Origin: Ascidiella aspersa
Lineage: Eukaryota
Length of the DNA stretch: 64,000 bases
Reading direction: 5' to 3'
NCBI GenBank assembly: GCA_963924565.1
Contig: OZ004614.1
Coordinates: 22,072,001-22,136,000, forward strand
Shown here: piece after piece, positions 63,505 to 64,000 of the stretch
Layout: every line of letters starts with the position of its first letter
Position numbering within the stretch: position 1 is the stretch's first letter
The notes under the pieces: generated by a model
Databases searched by the model: none
Seen by the model: only the letters and a program-made list of their open reading frames with translations
Told to the model about the DNA's origin: nothing
Translations under genes and position numbers: made by a program

Positions 63505-64000
63505 CAGTGGTTCTCAAACTGGGGTCCGCGGTCTTTTTGGGGTCGACGAGACAATTTTCTGGGACCGCGAAGCACCTAACAAAAATATCAACACGACTCT
63601 CCTAAAGAAAACAATTGTTCGAGCAATAACATTTTGAGGCAACTTACTTTTCCAAACCAAGCTGATTAGTTGTTCATTTACGTTATTGCACGCTTAAGTT
63701 AAATTGTCAATTGTGACGTCATAGTGTTGCGTTGTTCTAGTGAGAATTACGATTTTACAGCTTGCTGCGCTGCCACTGTGGGGCACCGGTTTTAAAACTG
63801 TTCGTGATTGCTAGACTAGAATAAAGTGATTTGTTAATTAGAGGTTAACATAACTGATAGCAAAGAAGCAAGTGCACCCGTCCCATTGATACAATTAAAA
63901 ACAACGTGTTATTTTGAGTTTATTTGTGTATATTTTTAAGGACCGTGAGCAATCAAAAATTGCTGGGGGACCGTTGCGTAATTTTTTAACAAAAGTTTGA
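63505..64000. mobile_element. hAT (Buster-type) MITE, cut by the window end
   Basis: Starts CAGTGGTTCTCAAACT. The window ends in AGTTTGA, the start of the complementary TIR. Confidence 0.85.

Overview
This is eukaryotic (invertebrate animal) genomic DNA, not a prokaryotic window. It is probably a tunicate, but that is an inference. Almost all ORFs in the supplied track are spurious. Two protein-coding genes are supportable. The first is two small minus-strand coding exons of a ZMIZ1/Zimp10 orthologue (15313-15441 and 14723-14836), with canonical splice sites and the same intron positions as human ZMIZ1. The second is the first coding exon of a GNAT N-acetyltransferase of the insect-AANAT/dopamine-acetyltransferase type (62740-63278, +). 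The ~47 kb between them has no other recognisable gene. It holds GC/GAGA-rich regulatory-looking islands, many non-autonomous hAT MITEs with TIRs and 8-bp TSDs, and decayed LINE, SINE and transposase relics. The most striking unannotated system is two families of 125-205 bp elements, most of them foldback. They carry minimal hammerhead-ribozyme cores (one family with the U3:A8 compensatory variant) and are flanked by 10-14 bp target-site duplications. They look like Penelope-like-retroelement-derived mini-elements masquerading as MITEs. All calls were made by eye, without database searches.
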